From Calditrichaceae bacterium (GTDB taxonomy: Bacteria > Calditrichota > Calditrichia > Calditrichales > JBFXGD01), in NCBI GenBank assembly GCA_050173015.1, contig JBFXLE010000033.1, positions 1-32,949 of the forward strand: DNA of 32,949 nt, given 5' to 3'. Both the position numbers and the translations under genes were made by a program. The first letter of the stretch is position 1, and the number at the start of each line of letters is the position of its first letter. This document shows positions 1 to 10,064 of the stretch, piece after piece. The notes under the pieces are model-generated. The model did no database searches. It was not told the origin of the DNA and saw only the letters and a program-made list of their open reading frames with translations.

Positions 1-120
1 TATATGCCGCCTGAAGTTTGGCATTTTGGTGATCCGATGGCACTGGCGAATGAAAGAAAATTGAAGGTAGAACAGGCAAAACAAGAACGTCATTTTGAGA
101 ATTTAAAGTTGGCAAGTTAA
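1..120 (+). CDS. C-terminal fragment of IS3/IS481-type DDE transposase (5' part outside window)
   Basis: Frame 1 reads YMPPEVWHFGDPMALANERKLKVEQAKQERHFENLKLAS*. This resembles the 'GY.TP..V..G......R..K...A...R' tail that follows integrase-core domains. Confidence 0.65.
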   Translation, partial: YMPPEVWHFGDPMALANERKLKVEQAKQERHFENLKLAS

Positions 121-180
121 CTAAAAATTCATAGTATTAAATTGGTCCGAAAATTCCAAAAGGCTCTGAGGCAGAACACA
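1..180 (+). mobile_element. Right end of an insertion sequence
   Basis: The transposase tail is followed by ...TCCAAAAGGCTCTGAGGCAGAACA(CA), ending in ACA at 178/180 as IS3/IS481 right IRs do. The left IR is not visible. Confidence 0.5.
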
Positions 181-339
181 AATACAAGGTTTTGAGCGGG
201 TAATGAGTTAGTATTGAAAATAAATAATAATAAAAATAAATATTTTCTCATATAATTCTCCAATAAATGTTTTTTGTGATCTTAAGCTCCTTTGGATACA
301 TTGATTTGCAATTCTCTTGTACATCCTAAATATACCTCC

Positions 340-585
340 TCAGGGGCTTGTATCATCAAACGCATATCGGAAATCATCATCCTGATAATTTTTTAGCTGA
401 TACCAGGATATATCTTCCTCCGGATAATAGGTAATCGTCTCCAGTTCTATTGCCGTAACAGATCTATCCCGGGGTGATTCGACTTCATATGTTAACGTAA
501 ATAATTTTTCATCAGGATCAGTTCCGGAATCATTGCATGATAAAAGCAAAAAAAGAATGCTGAAAACCACAAATGCATACCTCAT
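340..585 (-). CDS. Small lipoprotein, possibly C-terminally truncated
   Basis: Signal peptide with lipobox LLLS-C followed by an acidic linker (NDSGTDPDE); GGAG Shine-Dalgarno (SD) upstream. Confidence 0.65.
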   Translation of the reverse strand: MRYAFVVFSILFLLLSCNDSGTDPDEKLFTLTYEVESPRDRSVTAIELETITYYPEEDISWYQLKNYQDDDFRYAFDDTSP

Positions 586-1117
586 AATTTCTCCGCTTTT
601 TACTGATTATTTATTTTCCATTAGGAATTTTAACAAGTGACGGGATAATTTTAATTGAATTTAACAATTGCAGTAACGCCATATATTCTCGTTGGTTACT
701 AAAATACTTGTAATCAAAAATTTTATTTATTGAACGATATAGGCGCCGAAAATAGCTATTATTACGATTCAGTGCTCAGTAATATATTTTATCTAAACTC
801 AGTATCTATTACGATATGTCATCCTGACAAGAATTATATTCCATGAGGTATGAAGAATAACGTACCCAATATACATTCCATGAAAATTTAACGCAATTTA
901 GTGAAATCATTCATTTATACCACTTTTATTTAAATCCTTGACAGCGCCGGAACACAGCTGAATATTTTGTACTGCTTCAATGATCTCAAATCGCCTAAAC
1001 ACCACTCCATTTATCAACCCGGTTTCTGATAAAATTATATATGCAAAGATCATTTTGTACCATTAAGCACAAATGCTCATCAAATATTAAAATTTATCAG
1101 CAAAAATGGATTTTAAT

Positions 1118-1225
1118 ATGAAACGCGGTAAGAAACTGGACTCTTTTAAATTTTTATTGCTGACCATAACGGTGATAGCAATTGCTTTTCTTTTTCAGAT
1201 TTTTATTGGCCATATAATTCAATAA
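1118..1225 (+). CDS. Putative 35-aa single-pass membrane protein (not in ORF track)
   Basis: MKRGKKLDSFKFLLLTITVIAIAFLFQIFIGHIIQ*: basic N-terminus, ~20-aa hydrophobic stretch, GGA 7 nt upstream of ATG. Confidence 0.45.
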   Translation: MKRGKKLDSFKFLLLTITVIAIAFLFQIFIGHIIQ

Positions 1226-1376
1226 CGTAAAAACTTAACATTGTAAGTCCTTAACGCCCTGCCATCCGGTACGACGGACTGTTGTACACAAAAAATGTGA
1301 CACTTCCCGGCAATACCCCTAACTCTTATACTCTTAACCTTCTTACTTTCTCATGGTCATCATCCAATCATATTTT

Positions 1377-1539
1377 TGTCTGAACTATGATTCGTGTGAT
1401 TAAATGATTAAGATGATTTGCAATGCTCTAATCATGCCTATCAATTATTCACTAAAACCCAACTATGGCGGTCAGGACAATGTGTGGACTGTTTCTTTAT
1501 CATGGTCATCATCTAATCATTTTAATCATAGTTCAGACA
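1377..1539. mobile_element. MITE-like 163-bp element with 16-bp perfect terminal inverted repeats
   Basis: TGTCTGAACTATGATT (1377-1392) and AATCATAGTTCAGACA (1524-1539), with further imperfect ATGATTA/TAATCAT internal symmetry. Confidence 0.55.
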
Positions 1540-1564
1540 TTTTCTCTTACTTCTTACTTCTTCT

Positions 1565-2110
1565 AACCCACCCCGGGCCTGATAAATCATACCCTTCCCG
1601 TCCCTTATGCATAAGGGACGGGATCAAGGAGAGGGTCAGTTGCGGGATTTGTTTTTCTATAATAATTTCATCCCTTCGGGATTGGGGAATCATTTTATCT
1701 TTGCCCGCCTTACTCTTAACTCATAACTCTTTTCTCTTAACGCTCTTTAATTCTCACTTCTTACTTCTAACTTCTTCTAACCCACCCCGGGCCTGATAAA
1801 TCATGCCCTTCCCCTCCCTTATGCATAAGGGACGGGATCGAGGGGAGGGTCAGTTGCGGGATTTGTTTTTCTATAATAATTTCATCCCTTCGGGATTGGG
1901 GAATCATTTTATCTTTGCCCGCCTACTCTTAACTCATAACTCTTTTCTCTTAACGCTCTTCAATTCTCACTTCCTACTTCTTACTTCTTCTAACCCACCC
2001 CGGGCCTGATAAATCATGCCTTTTTCATCCCTTCGGGATTGGGGAATCATTTTATCTTTGCCTGCCCTACTCTTAACTCATAACTCTTTTCTCTTAACGC
2101 TCTTTATTCT
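1565..2110. repeat. Tandem ~214-bp repeat: two full copies plus one internally deleted copy, built from REP-like hairpins
   Basis: AACCCACCCCGGGCCTGATAAATCAT starts at 1565, 1779 and 1992. Copy 1 has the perfect 28-bp palindrome TCCCGTCCCTTATGCATAAGGGACGGGA (1596-1623). Each copy has an ATCCC-TTC-GGGAT hairpin. Confidence 0.95.
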
Positions 2111-2142
2111 TACTTCCAACTCTTTTTTCTTTTTTCTTACAA

Positions 2143-2270
2143 TTCTCACTTCCTACTTCCTACTTCTCACTTAGGGCACGAGCATCGTGCCCCTACTCTT
2201 TTCTCTTTTTTCTTTTTTCGTTTTTCTTTTTTCTTAAACTTCCTACTTCCTACTTCTTACTTCTCACTTT
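2143..2270. repeat. Pyrimidine-rich heptamer tandem repeats (CTTCCTA/CTTCTTA/CTTCTCA)
   Basis: Runs such as TTCTCACTTCCTACTTCCTACTTCTCAC. Related heptamers (TAACTCT/TAACTCA) occur throughout 1320-2110. Confidence 0.85.
2172..2196 (-). repeat. GTAG-family REP palindrome
   Basis: Minus strand reads GTAGGGGCACGATGCTCGTGCCCTA: a GTAG foot plus a GGGCACG/CGTGCCC stem. Confidence 0.75.
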
Positions 2271-2291
2271 CCCCCGCTTCCCACTTCCTCC

Positions 2292-2320
2292 TTGACAATC
2301 TCCCATTATTCTGATATGTT
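2292..2320 (+). promoter_or_regulatory. Sigma70-type promoter of lhr, probably giving a leaderless mRNA
   Basis: TTGACA (2292-2297), 17 bp spacer, TATGTT (2315-2320) with extended TG. The ATG is 6 nt downstream and there is no SD. Confidence 0.7.
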
Positions 2321-2326
2321 TTTCCC

Positions 2327-5300
2327 ATGAAGAAATCCATCTTTGATAAAGCCGGGTTTCATCCGGTTGTCGCATCCTGGTTCAATAGGACATTTCCCAA
2401 ACCGAGTCCGCCGCAGATCAAAGGGTGGCCGGCCATCGCCTCCGGAAAACATACGCTTATCTTCGCGCCTACCGGATCAGGGAAAACGCTTGCGGCCTTC
2501 CTCTGGTGCATCGATCACCTGTTCCGTCAGTCCCTGCAATCCGATCCTGAATTATTTTCCGACAATCCGGGAGGCGTGCACACGCTGTATATCTCTCCGC
2601 TAAAGGCATTGAACAATGATATCGAAAAAAATCTTCAGGCGCCTCTTCAAGGCATATCGAAGTACGCGACAGAAGCGGCTATAACGACGCCAAAAATCCG
2701 CGCCGCGGTCCGCACGGGAGATACACCCGCTAATGTGCGTCAATCCATGCTAAAGCGTCCCCCGCATATTCTGATCACTACACCGGAATCACTGTATCTT
2801 TTACTTACCGGCGACCGCGGGAGAAAGCTCTTCAAAGGATTGAAGTACATAATCGTCGATGAAATTCACAATTTGAGCGGCGGCAAACGCGGGGTTCATC
2901 TCAGTCTTTCACTGGAACGACTGAACGCTCTTTGCGAAAACAGTCCGGTGCGGATCGGTCTTTCGGCAACTCAAAAACCACTCGATCGGATCGCCGCTTT
3001 TCTTGGCGGAAGAGAATCGACTCTCCTGAATAATCATCCAGAACCAAGACCGGTGGAGATTATAGATTGCGGATTGAGAAAGGATATGGATATCAGGGTT
3101 TTATCACCGGTTGAATCCTTTGGAGAATTGCCAGATGCCAGCGTCTGGCCCTATGTCTATGACACCCTGTATGATTTGATTCGCCGTCACAGAACCACAT
3201 TGATCTTTGCCAATATGAGGGCGCAGACGGAAAAAATCGCCCGTCATCTGAACGACCGTTACCGGAACGAAACCGGCGATCCCGAGGCGGTGATTATTCT
3301 TGCTCATCATGGCAGCATCTCCAGGGAAGAAAGGTATAAAATTGAAAGCGAATTAAAAGCGGGCCGGATCCCCGCGGTTATCGCGACGGCTTCACTTGAA
3401 CTGGGAATCGATATCGGAAGTATCGATCTGGTGATTCAGCTTGAAGCTCCTAAAAGTGTTTCCGCCGCTTTACAACGGGTGGGCAGGAGCGGGCATTTGC
3501 TTGACGCCACCAGCAAGGGGCGGATCATCCCGTTGTATCCGTCGGATTTGGATGACGCCGTGGCGATGGCGGCAAATACCGCGTCCGGTAGTATTGAAGA
3601 GACCATCATCCCTGAAAACGCTCTTGATGTTCTTGCTCAGCAGATCACCGCCGAAGTTTCCATGAGGGAATGGCCTCGCCGTGAGCTATTCCGGTTAATG
3701 ACCGGCAGTTATTGCTACCGCAATCTGACCGAAAACGCGTTCAACCGGGTTCTGGATATGCTTTCCGGTCAATACGCCGAATCCCCGCTCCGGGCCCTCC
3801 AACCCCGACTGAACTGGGACAAGGTTAATGACAATCTTATCGCGCGGCGCGGCAGTCGTCTCACCGCGATAATGAATGGCGGAACCATCCCGGACCGCGG
3901 ATATTACGGAGTTTATCTCGAAGGTGAAAATGTCAAGCTGGGTGAAATGGAGGAGGAATTTGTATTTGAATCACGAATCGGTGATATCTTCTTTCTTGGT
4001 AATAATGAATGGCGTATCAATGAAATCAGACAGGACCGCATGATCGTTTCGCCCCGGTCCGATATCAAACCAAGAGCGCCGTTCTGGAAGGGGGATATTC
4101 TTTATCGGGACTATTCCACCAGCATGCGGATCGCCGCTTTCCGGCGTGAACTTACCCAAAAAATTGAACAGGATACGGCTGAAATCTGGCTTGAGAATGA
4201 ATGCCACGCGGATCCCTTCACCGCAAAAAATCTGCTCCAATATTATCAGAAGCAAAAAGAGCACAGTTCGGTGATTGCGACCGATAAGACCTTCGTGCTG
4301 GAATGGTTCGCTGACAGCAGCGGCGAGCCCTTAATGATGCTGCACGCGCCGCTCGGCGCCAGAGTGAACGGGGCGTGGGCCATCACCATTTCGGCGGCAA
4401 TTGAACGAGCCGCGAATCTCCAGGCCCAATACACCTATGATGACGATAATATTCTAATACGTCTTCTCGATACAGAGGAAGCCCCGGACTTCGAAGCACT
4501 ATTCCGGCTGACGGCAGAGGATATTGAAGAATTGTTAGTTTCTTCGCTTATCGATACGCATATTTTTTCTATCCGCTTCCGTTATAACGCGGCGCGCGCT
4601 TTGCTGTTGCCCCGCAGCCGGCCCGGAACAAGAATTCCTCTCTGGCTTCAGCGCCTTCGGGCTTCCGACCTGCTTCAGACAGTCAGAAAATATCCTGATT
4701 TTCCGATTATCGCGGAAACATACCGGGATTGCCTGAATGATGTTTTTGACCTGGACTCCCTGAAAAAGGTGATCGGACAAATTCGGGATGGAAGCATCCG
4801 GATTCATTATGTCAATACCCCCTACCCTTCTCCCATGGCATCGGGAATCCTTTTTAAATTTCTCTCCGATAATATTTACGAATCAGATCGCAGCCGTCAT
4901 ATTGGAAAACCGGACGCGTCCTCCGGCGAATTACTAAATGAGATACTCAACAAAGAGAATATACCTTCCGTCGTTTCCCGAATAATGGTTGAGCAAGCTG
5001 AACGCCGCTGGCAGCATCTTGAACCGGCTTTCCAGGCCGGGGACAGAGAATCGCTCTATTCTATCATCGAAAAACTTGGACCGGTCAGCAGCGAAGATCT
5101 GACAAAACGGGCTTCTGATGGTCTTCAGAATTGGCTTGACGAATTAAATTCGGATAAACGCGTTTCCTTGTTAAAAGGCAGACCCGGCGGCTGGATTACG
5201 AAGTCAGACGAACCCTTGTTTTTGAAACCCATGGAAAAAGATCATCTGCGTAAGCGAATTCAAAAATTTCTGCGTACGCGTGGCCCGATCACTCAGGATA

Positions 5301-6829
5301 AGATCCTGGAGAATATTTCTGTATCAGATAAGGACGTATTAAAAACATTGGACATCCTGCAAAAGGAAAAGGAGTTGGTCCGAGGCAAACTGATTGCGGG
5401 AGAAAATCAGGAATACTGGTGTGACAGGCAGAATTTCGCCGAGTTATACCGGATGACGATTGGACGAAGACGACGTTCAGCTTCCCCGGTTCCGACGGAA
5501 GCCTTCTACCCTTTTTCAATGGCATGGCACGGTGTCAATAAACCCGGACAATCAGTGGCTGATATCCTGAACCGTTATCAGGGATTTCATTTCCCCCTGA
5601 ATTATTTTGAACAGGAAATTTTGTATTCCAGAATGTGCCCTTCCGGGCCTTCATTCCTGGGCGAACATATTGAAAAATTTCATGGTTTTATCCAAAACGG
5701 AGAAATCATCCCGAGAATAATCCGCGGTTCAGATACCGGCCGCCGCATGATTCAATTCCTTCCCCGATCGGGCGGGAATCTATTTTATGACAATGAAATG
5801 ATCGCCGGAAATCTGGAGGACTTATCCAATCACGACCGGTTGATTTTATCCTTTTTACGGGAAAACGGCGCCAGTCTGTTCCGTGATATGGAATCAGCCT
5901 CGGGTTTGGCGTATAATAATCTCACTGAAGTTATGTCGGTTCTGGTAAACAAAGGTCTCATCTCATGTGACAATCCTGACGCGCTTCACGGCATACTCAA
6001 ATCCGGCCAAAACTCCGAAAGAAACAGTCAGCTGCCCGACAATGCCCCTCCCTGGGCGCGTTCTCAAAGGCGTCCGCGATTGAACAAATCCGCGCTTAAG
6101 AAAATGGTTTCCGGACAGATACAGCTGAAGAACGGCCGTTGGTTTTCTGTCAATTCCTTTGCCGTAATGGGTAAAAATATCGATGATTCACTTCGGGCGG
6201 AACGGCAGGCCCGGATGCTTCTCAGTCGTTATGGGATCCTGGTAAAGGAATGGTATCGCAGGGAGGAAGGTCTTGTCCCGTGGTACCGTATATTTCAGGT
6301 TCTCAAACGGCTGGAATGGCAGGGTGAAATCCGTCGCGGATATTTCATTAAGGGCCTCTCAGGGGTACAGTTCGCCTTACCGGAAGCATTAGATCTTTTG
6401 GAAAAAATTCAATCGCCTCCGCTTGAGGATAATTCATCCGTCATAGCCATAAGCACGATTGATCCTTCCCTTCCCTTGGGGGGCGCGGTTTCATGGAATG
6501 TATCAAACACAGAGGGGAAAACGATTCCGGTTACGCGGCAGGCGTCAAATCATTTGATCTTTCAAAACGGTCGTGTGATTGCTTACACCGAACAATATGG
6601 TGACCGGATCAACATTACCGATAATTTTTCCCCGGACCGGTCTGAAGCGTTATGTGACGTGATAAAAAACTGGTTAAAACTGCCCGCGGCGTTAACATTC
6701 AGGCAGCGAATGGAAGTAAGTTTGATTGACGGGAAATCTGCTGTAAACAGCCCCGTTGCTCAAATATTTATCAAAAACGGCTTTGAAATCAATGGAGATA
6801 AATTGGTTCTCTGGCCGTCCGCGCTTTGA
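2327..6829 (+). CDS. lhr: Lhr-family SF2 ATP-dependent helicase, long form with C-terminal winged-helix/AlkZ-like region
   Basis: Motifs APTGSGKT, YISPLKAL, DEIH, SAT, HHGSIS, ATASLELGIDIG, QRVGRSGH and GGTIPDRG; C-terminal GEIRRGYF..GLSGVQFA; 1500 aa. Confidence 0.95.
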   Translation: MKKSIFDKAGFHPVVASWFNRTFPKPSPPQIKGWPAIASGKHTLIFAPTGSGKTLAAFLWCIDHLFRQSLQSDPELFSDNPGGVHTLYISPLKALNNDIEKNLQAPLQGISKYATEAAITTPKIRAAVRTGDTPANVRQSMLKRPPHILITTPESLYLLLTGDRGRKLFKGLKYIIVDEIHNLSGGKRGVHLSLSLERLNALCENSPVRIGLSATQKPLDRIAAFLGGRESTLLNNHPEPRPVEIIDCGLRKDMDIRVLSPVESFGELPDASVWPYVYDTLYDLIRRHRTTLIFANMRAQTEKIARHLNDRYRNETGDPEAVIILAHHGSISREERYKIESELKAGRIPAVIATASLELGIDIGSIDLVIQLEAPKSVSAALQRVGRSGHLLDATSKGRIIPLYPSDLDDAVAMAANTASGSIEETIIPENALDVLAQQITAEVSMREWPRRELFRLMTGSYCYRNLTENAFNRVLDMLSGQYAESPLRALQPRLNWDKVNDNLIARRGSRLTAIMNGGTIPDRGYYGVYLEGENVKLGEMEEEFVFESRIGDIFFLGNNEWRINEIRQDRMIVSPRSDIKPRAPFWKGDILYRDYSTSMRIAAFRRELTQKIEQDTAEIWLENECHADPFTAKNLLQYYQKQKEHSSVIATDKTFVLEWFADSSGEPLMMLHAPLGARVNGAWAITISAAIERAANLQAQYTYDDDNILIRLLDTEEAPDFEALFRLTAEDIEELLVSSLIDTHIFSIRFRYNAARALLLPRSRPGTRIPLWLQRLRASDLLQTVRKYPDFPIIAETYRDCLNDVFDLDSLKKVIGQIRDGSIRIHYVNTPYPSPMASGILFKFLSDNIYESDRSRHIGKPDASSGELLNEILNKENIPSVVSRIMVEQAERRWQHLEPAFQAGDRESLYSIIEKLGPVSSEDLTKRASDGLQNWLDELNSDKRVSLLKGRPGGWITKSDEPLFLKPMEKDHLRKRIQKFLRTRGPITQDKILENISVSDKDVLKTLDILQKEKELVRGKLIAGENQEYWCDRQNFAELYRMTIGRRRRSASPVPTEAFYPFSMAWHGVNKPGQSVADILNRYQGFHFPLNYFEQEILYSRMCPSGPSFLGEHIEKFHGFIQNGEIIPRIIRGSDTGRRMIQFLPRSGGNLFYDNEMIAGNLEDLSNHDRLILSFLRENGASLFRDMESASGLAYNNLTEVMSVLVNKGLISCDNPDALHGILKSGQNSERNSQLPDNAPPWARSQRRPRLNKSALKKMVSGQIQLKNGRWFSVNSFAVMGKNIDDSLRAERQARMLLSRYGILVKEWYRREEGLVPWYRIFQVLKRLEWQGEIRRGYFIKGLSGVQFALPEALDLLEKIQSPPLEDNSSVIAISTIDPSLPLGGAVSWNVSNTEGKTIPVTRQASNHLIFQNGRVIAYTEQYGDRINITDNFSPDRSEALCDVIKNWLKLPAALTFRQRMEVSLIDGKSAVNSPVAQIFIKNGFEINGDKLVLWPSAL

Positions 6830-6840
6830 AATCTGAACTT

Positions 6841-7647
6841 TTAATATCTAAAATGCCTGATCTGCTCACCTTTCCCGCCAATATCGGTCATGGCTTCAAT
6901 ACCTATCTGAAGGTGAAGATCAACATATTTACGGGTCACCATGCGATCCGATTCTTCGGTCTTAATTCCCTCGGGCAAAAGCGGCATATCTGAAACTAAA
7001 AGCAATGCTCCTCGTGAAATTTCATTAACGTGACCGACAATAAACATGGTCGCCGTCTCCATATCAATCGCGATTACCGACAGCTTTTTTAAGTACTGTT
7101 TGAATTCCTTGTCCCACTCCCAAACGCGCCGGTTGGTGGTGTAAACCACGCCGGTCCGGTAATCCTGTCCGTGTTCGATAATTTTATCCGATATAAACTT
7201 ATGCATTTTGAATGAGGGCAAAGCGGGAACCTCCCGCGGCATATAGTCATTACTTGTACCCTCACCGCGAATAGCCGCTATTGGCAGTATAAAGTGCCCG
7301 ATTTCCGCGGAGTTTTTGAGACCGCCGCATTTACCCAGAAAAAGCACACCCTTTGGATGACGAGCGGTTAAAAGATCCATTATAGTCGCGACATTAGGTG
7401 AACCCATTCCATAATTGATAATGGACAGACCACTGGAGTTCGTCGCCGCCTGCATAGGTCGCCCGACTCCATTGAGATTGCATTTGAACTGTTCCGCGAA
7501 CTTTTCCACATAATTGGGAAAATTTGTCAGAAGGATATAGTCACCAAAATCATCAATATTTGTACCGGTGTATCGGGGCAGCCAGTTTTTCGCGATATCC
7601 AGTTTCGATTTCATGTTATTTTTCTTTACCGGATCTGGTTTTTTCAT
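6841..7647 (-). CDS. amn: AMP nucleosidase (short, Bacteroidetes-type; PNP/UDP phosphorylase superfamily)
   Basis: NWLPRYTG, YILLTNF, GMGSPN, FLGKCGGL, TTNRRVWE and DMETAT motifs. Confidence 0.9.
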   Translation of the reverse strand: MKKPDPVKKNNMKSKLDIAKNWLPRYTGTNIDDFGDYILLTNFPNYVEKFAEQFKCNLNGVGRPMQAATNSSGLSIINYGMGSPNVATIMDLLTARHPKGVLFLGKCGGLKNSAEIGHFILPIAAIRGEGTSNDYMPREVPALPSFKMHKFISDKIIEHGQDYRTGVVYTTNRRVWEWDKEFKQYLKKLSVIAIDMETATMFIVGHVNEISRGALLLVSDMPLLPEGIKTEESDRMVTRKYVDLHLQIGIEAMTDIGGKGEQIRHFRY

Positions 7648-7920
7648 CGTTTATCGGACTCCTTATGTTGAAAATCTTCCAATGTATAAAGATAGCCATA
7701 ACATATTCCAAATTCAATATTCAATCGGGCCTGCATTTTAAGAAAAAAGATAAAAGAAAAATGAAAAAGGATTAGATATCACAATCTTACAGGCTCAAGA
7801 GATTATATCCAGCTTTCGTGTAAATATAAATTTATCAAACCTTCAGAATTCTAATTTTTTTTCATATTTCCTACGCTGAATTAAGTATTTAAGTTAAGTG
7901 AAAATCATTTCGGAGGAATT

Positions 7921-9102
7921 TTGGCGCTTACCTATTGCAAACAAAAGGCCGGGATCCGGAAAGTAAAAATGATTTCCTTCACATCCGCCCATATAAAAAA
8001 TGAAGGGGGCGCCTCATCAAAAATGGCGAAACCGGCCATATGGTCTCTTAACTGGCTCGTATTTTTGTTCTGTATGGCTTTTGCCCTCATCCGGTTTTTA
8101 CCTGTTTGGATCTATGAATTATTCCGTTACTGTCCGGATGCGTCGTCAGATCATCAGGATGATTCAGGATTTTTAATTATTGGTCACCGGGGCGCGGCGG
8201 CGCATGAAATAGAAAACACGATCCCTTCTCTTGAAAAAGCGCTTGATCTGCACCGGGCAAACGCTTTGGAAATAGATATATCCATGACATCTGACGGCCA
8301 TATCGTTTTATGGCATGACTGGGATCCTGATGATACTGTTGCTCTTGTCCGCCAGGCGGGTCTGGAACCCCATGTAAAATATCGCCCGTACGTTCCGCTG
8401 TCTCCGGATTATCGTAAACCCGTTCACATGATTACGCTTGATTATCTGCGGACACACTACGGCTATACACTGAAAAAAGATCCTTCTCAAAAGATTTCCG
8501 CAAAAATTCCGACTCTTCGGGAAGTGATGCAATGGTGTACAGGTGACACCGGACTAAAAGCCCTGTTTCTGGATATAAAAACACCGCTTAAATATATCGA
8601 AATGATTGAGCCAATGATAAAAGAAATCAGTCTCATACTTGATACTTTTACGCCATCATTTCCGGTTATTCTGCTGACACCGTATGAAAATATTTTAAGC
8701 CGCATGAAAGAATTTTTACCCGGCCATCATTACGCGCTTGATATCGAGATGCCTTCCGGAATTGTGATTGATCCTGAAGAATTCAGCGCGGTTAAACCGG
8801 CTGTTTTATTTCAGAACAGTTATGCCTCCGTCGGTCGACCGACAATTCTGCAGCTCGGTCCGTGGACAACTTACCGCCGGGTCATTTTACGCGATACTTA
8901 CTTGCGGGATGATCATAACCAATCGTCGCCTTATATACCCGTTGATAAACTAATCGGCTGGACAATCAACAAACGACGAGAAATGAAGTGCCTGATCCGC
9001 ATGGGTATTAACGGCATATTGACGGATTATCCCGAACGCGCCGCGATAATCATAGAGAAAAGACATCATCGTAAGACTGATCAGATTCGATTAAAAAAAT
9101 AA
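7921..9102 (+). CDS. Glycerophosphodiester phosphodiesterase family protein with N-terminal hydrophobic segment (start uncertain, could be ATG 8023)
   Basis: IIGHRGA, ENT, EIDI..T.DG..V..HD, IPTL.EV, WTIN and GILTDYP motifs. Confidence 0.88.
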   Translation: MALTYCKQKAGIRKVKMISFTSAHIKNEGGASSKMAKPAIWSLNWLVFLFCMAFALIRFLPVWIYELFRYCPDASSDHQDDSGFLIIGHRGAAAHEIENTIPSLEKALDLHRANALEIDISMTSDGHIVLWHDWDPDDTVALVRQAGLEPHVKYRPYVPLSPDYRKPVHMITLDYLRTHYGYTLKKDPSQKISAKIPTLREVMQWCTGDTGLKALFLDIKTPLKYIEMIEPMIKEISLILDTFTPSFPVILLTPYENILSRMKEFLPGHHYALDIEMPSGIVIDPEEFSAVKPAVLFQNSYASVGRPTILQLGPWTTYRRVILRDTYLRDDHNQSSPYIPVDKLIGWTINKRREMKCLIRMGINGILTDYPERAAIIIEKRHHRKTDQIRLKK

Positions 9103-10028
9103 TCCGCTCTTTTCGCTTGAAAATGCCGCCTGAGTAAACTTGTCCGCTCGCGATAAAAATTGATCAACAGTTTCATATCACACAAACCTAGTTTATTACA
9201 AATATTCTCTGCATCAATTAAACCTCCATCAATCTCAGAGAACAGGTCATCTACCCCCGTGGTGAGAATCATCGCCCTGCAGACACTGTCCAGTGAAGAG
9301 CCGCACTCTGGTTCAATTTCTCTTAGCCGGTTCAGGAGAATATTCCCCGCGTAATTATATCGATTTCTTTTTAGGTCCTGTTCCAGATCCTTCAGATCAT
9401 CACAAATCTGACCGGCCATGCTCATATTAGATCCAAACCCGGTTAGATCATCATATTCATTCATACGGTTATATCTGCTGCAATACGCGGCGGAGGCGAG
9501 ATTCAGCAAACCGGCGAGTTCAATGTACTTTACCCTGAGCGCGCGATGATCCGTATCGAAATTTTTCTCCAGTTCATCTACTTTTGACAATGCGATTTTT
9601 GAACCCTTCAACAGGTTGTTATAAATGTCCCGGAATTGGGATGCCGGATCAAAATAATTCAAAAATACAGCAGTGCCTTCTTCCAAAAAACGCTGACCGG
9701 CATCCCGCAACAACTCATTGTCCGAGTCTCCGTCAAGTAAATCATCTTCAATCCTGAAATACAAAAACACCGAAAGTTGCGCCCAAAGAATATCTTCACC
9801 AAAGACAGTATCATCATTTGCTTCAGGCCAGATCATGGCGAACATATCAGGAAGCAGCATCCAGAACGGCATTTGAAATAATTCCGCGTTTGATATTTCA
9901 CTCCCGGGCACTGTCAGATATTGATCCACCGTCTCCTTCAAATTTTCCGGTAAGTTTCTGGTAAATTGTTTCAGCCGATTCCCGATTGAGCTTACTGCCT
10001 TATAATTTTGTGTATCTGCAAGCATCAC
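9081..10028 (-). CDS. Class 1 isoprenoid-synthase-fold protein (ComQ-like prenyltransferase candidate)
   Basis: Two Asp-rich motifs, RIEDDLLDGD and QICDDLKDLEQDL, in an all-helical sequence. It lacks the RRG after the first DDxxD that chain-elongating FPP/GGPP synthases carry. Confidence 0.8.
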   Translation of the reverse strand: MMLADTQNYKAVSSIGNRLKQFTRNLPENLKETVDQYLTVPGSEISNAELFQMPFWMLLPDMFAMIWPEANDDTVFGEDILWAQLSVFLYFRIEDDLLDGDSDNELLRDAGQRFLEEGTAVFLNYFDPASQFRDIYNNLLKGSKIALSKVDELEKNFDTDHRALRVKYIELAGLLNLASAAYCSRYNRMNEYDDLTGFGSNMSMAGQICDDLKDLEQDLKRNRYNYAGNILLNRLREIEPECGSSLDSVCRAMILTTGVDDLFSEIDGGLIDAENICNKLGLCDMKLLINFYRERTSLLRRHFQAKRADYFFNRI

Positions 10029-10064
10029 TGATTTACCGACAATATCTGATAAATTGCCTGTATT

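Noticed and set aside
1404-2009. ORFs 1404..1796 and 1803..2009
   Set aside because: They are translations of the tandem/heptamer repeats (identical Leu/Ser/Phe-rich tails) and have no RBS.
1565-2110. Possible CRISPR array
   Set aside because: The whole 214-bp unit repeats, with no unique spacers and no cas genes.
9081-10028. Housekeeping FPP/GGPP synthase or terpene cyclase call
   Set aside because: It lacks the GKxxR and RRG motifs and a clear NSE/DTE triad; the context favours a peptide prenyltransferase, which remains unproven.
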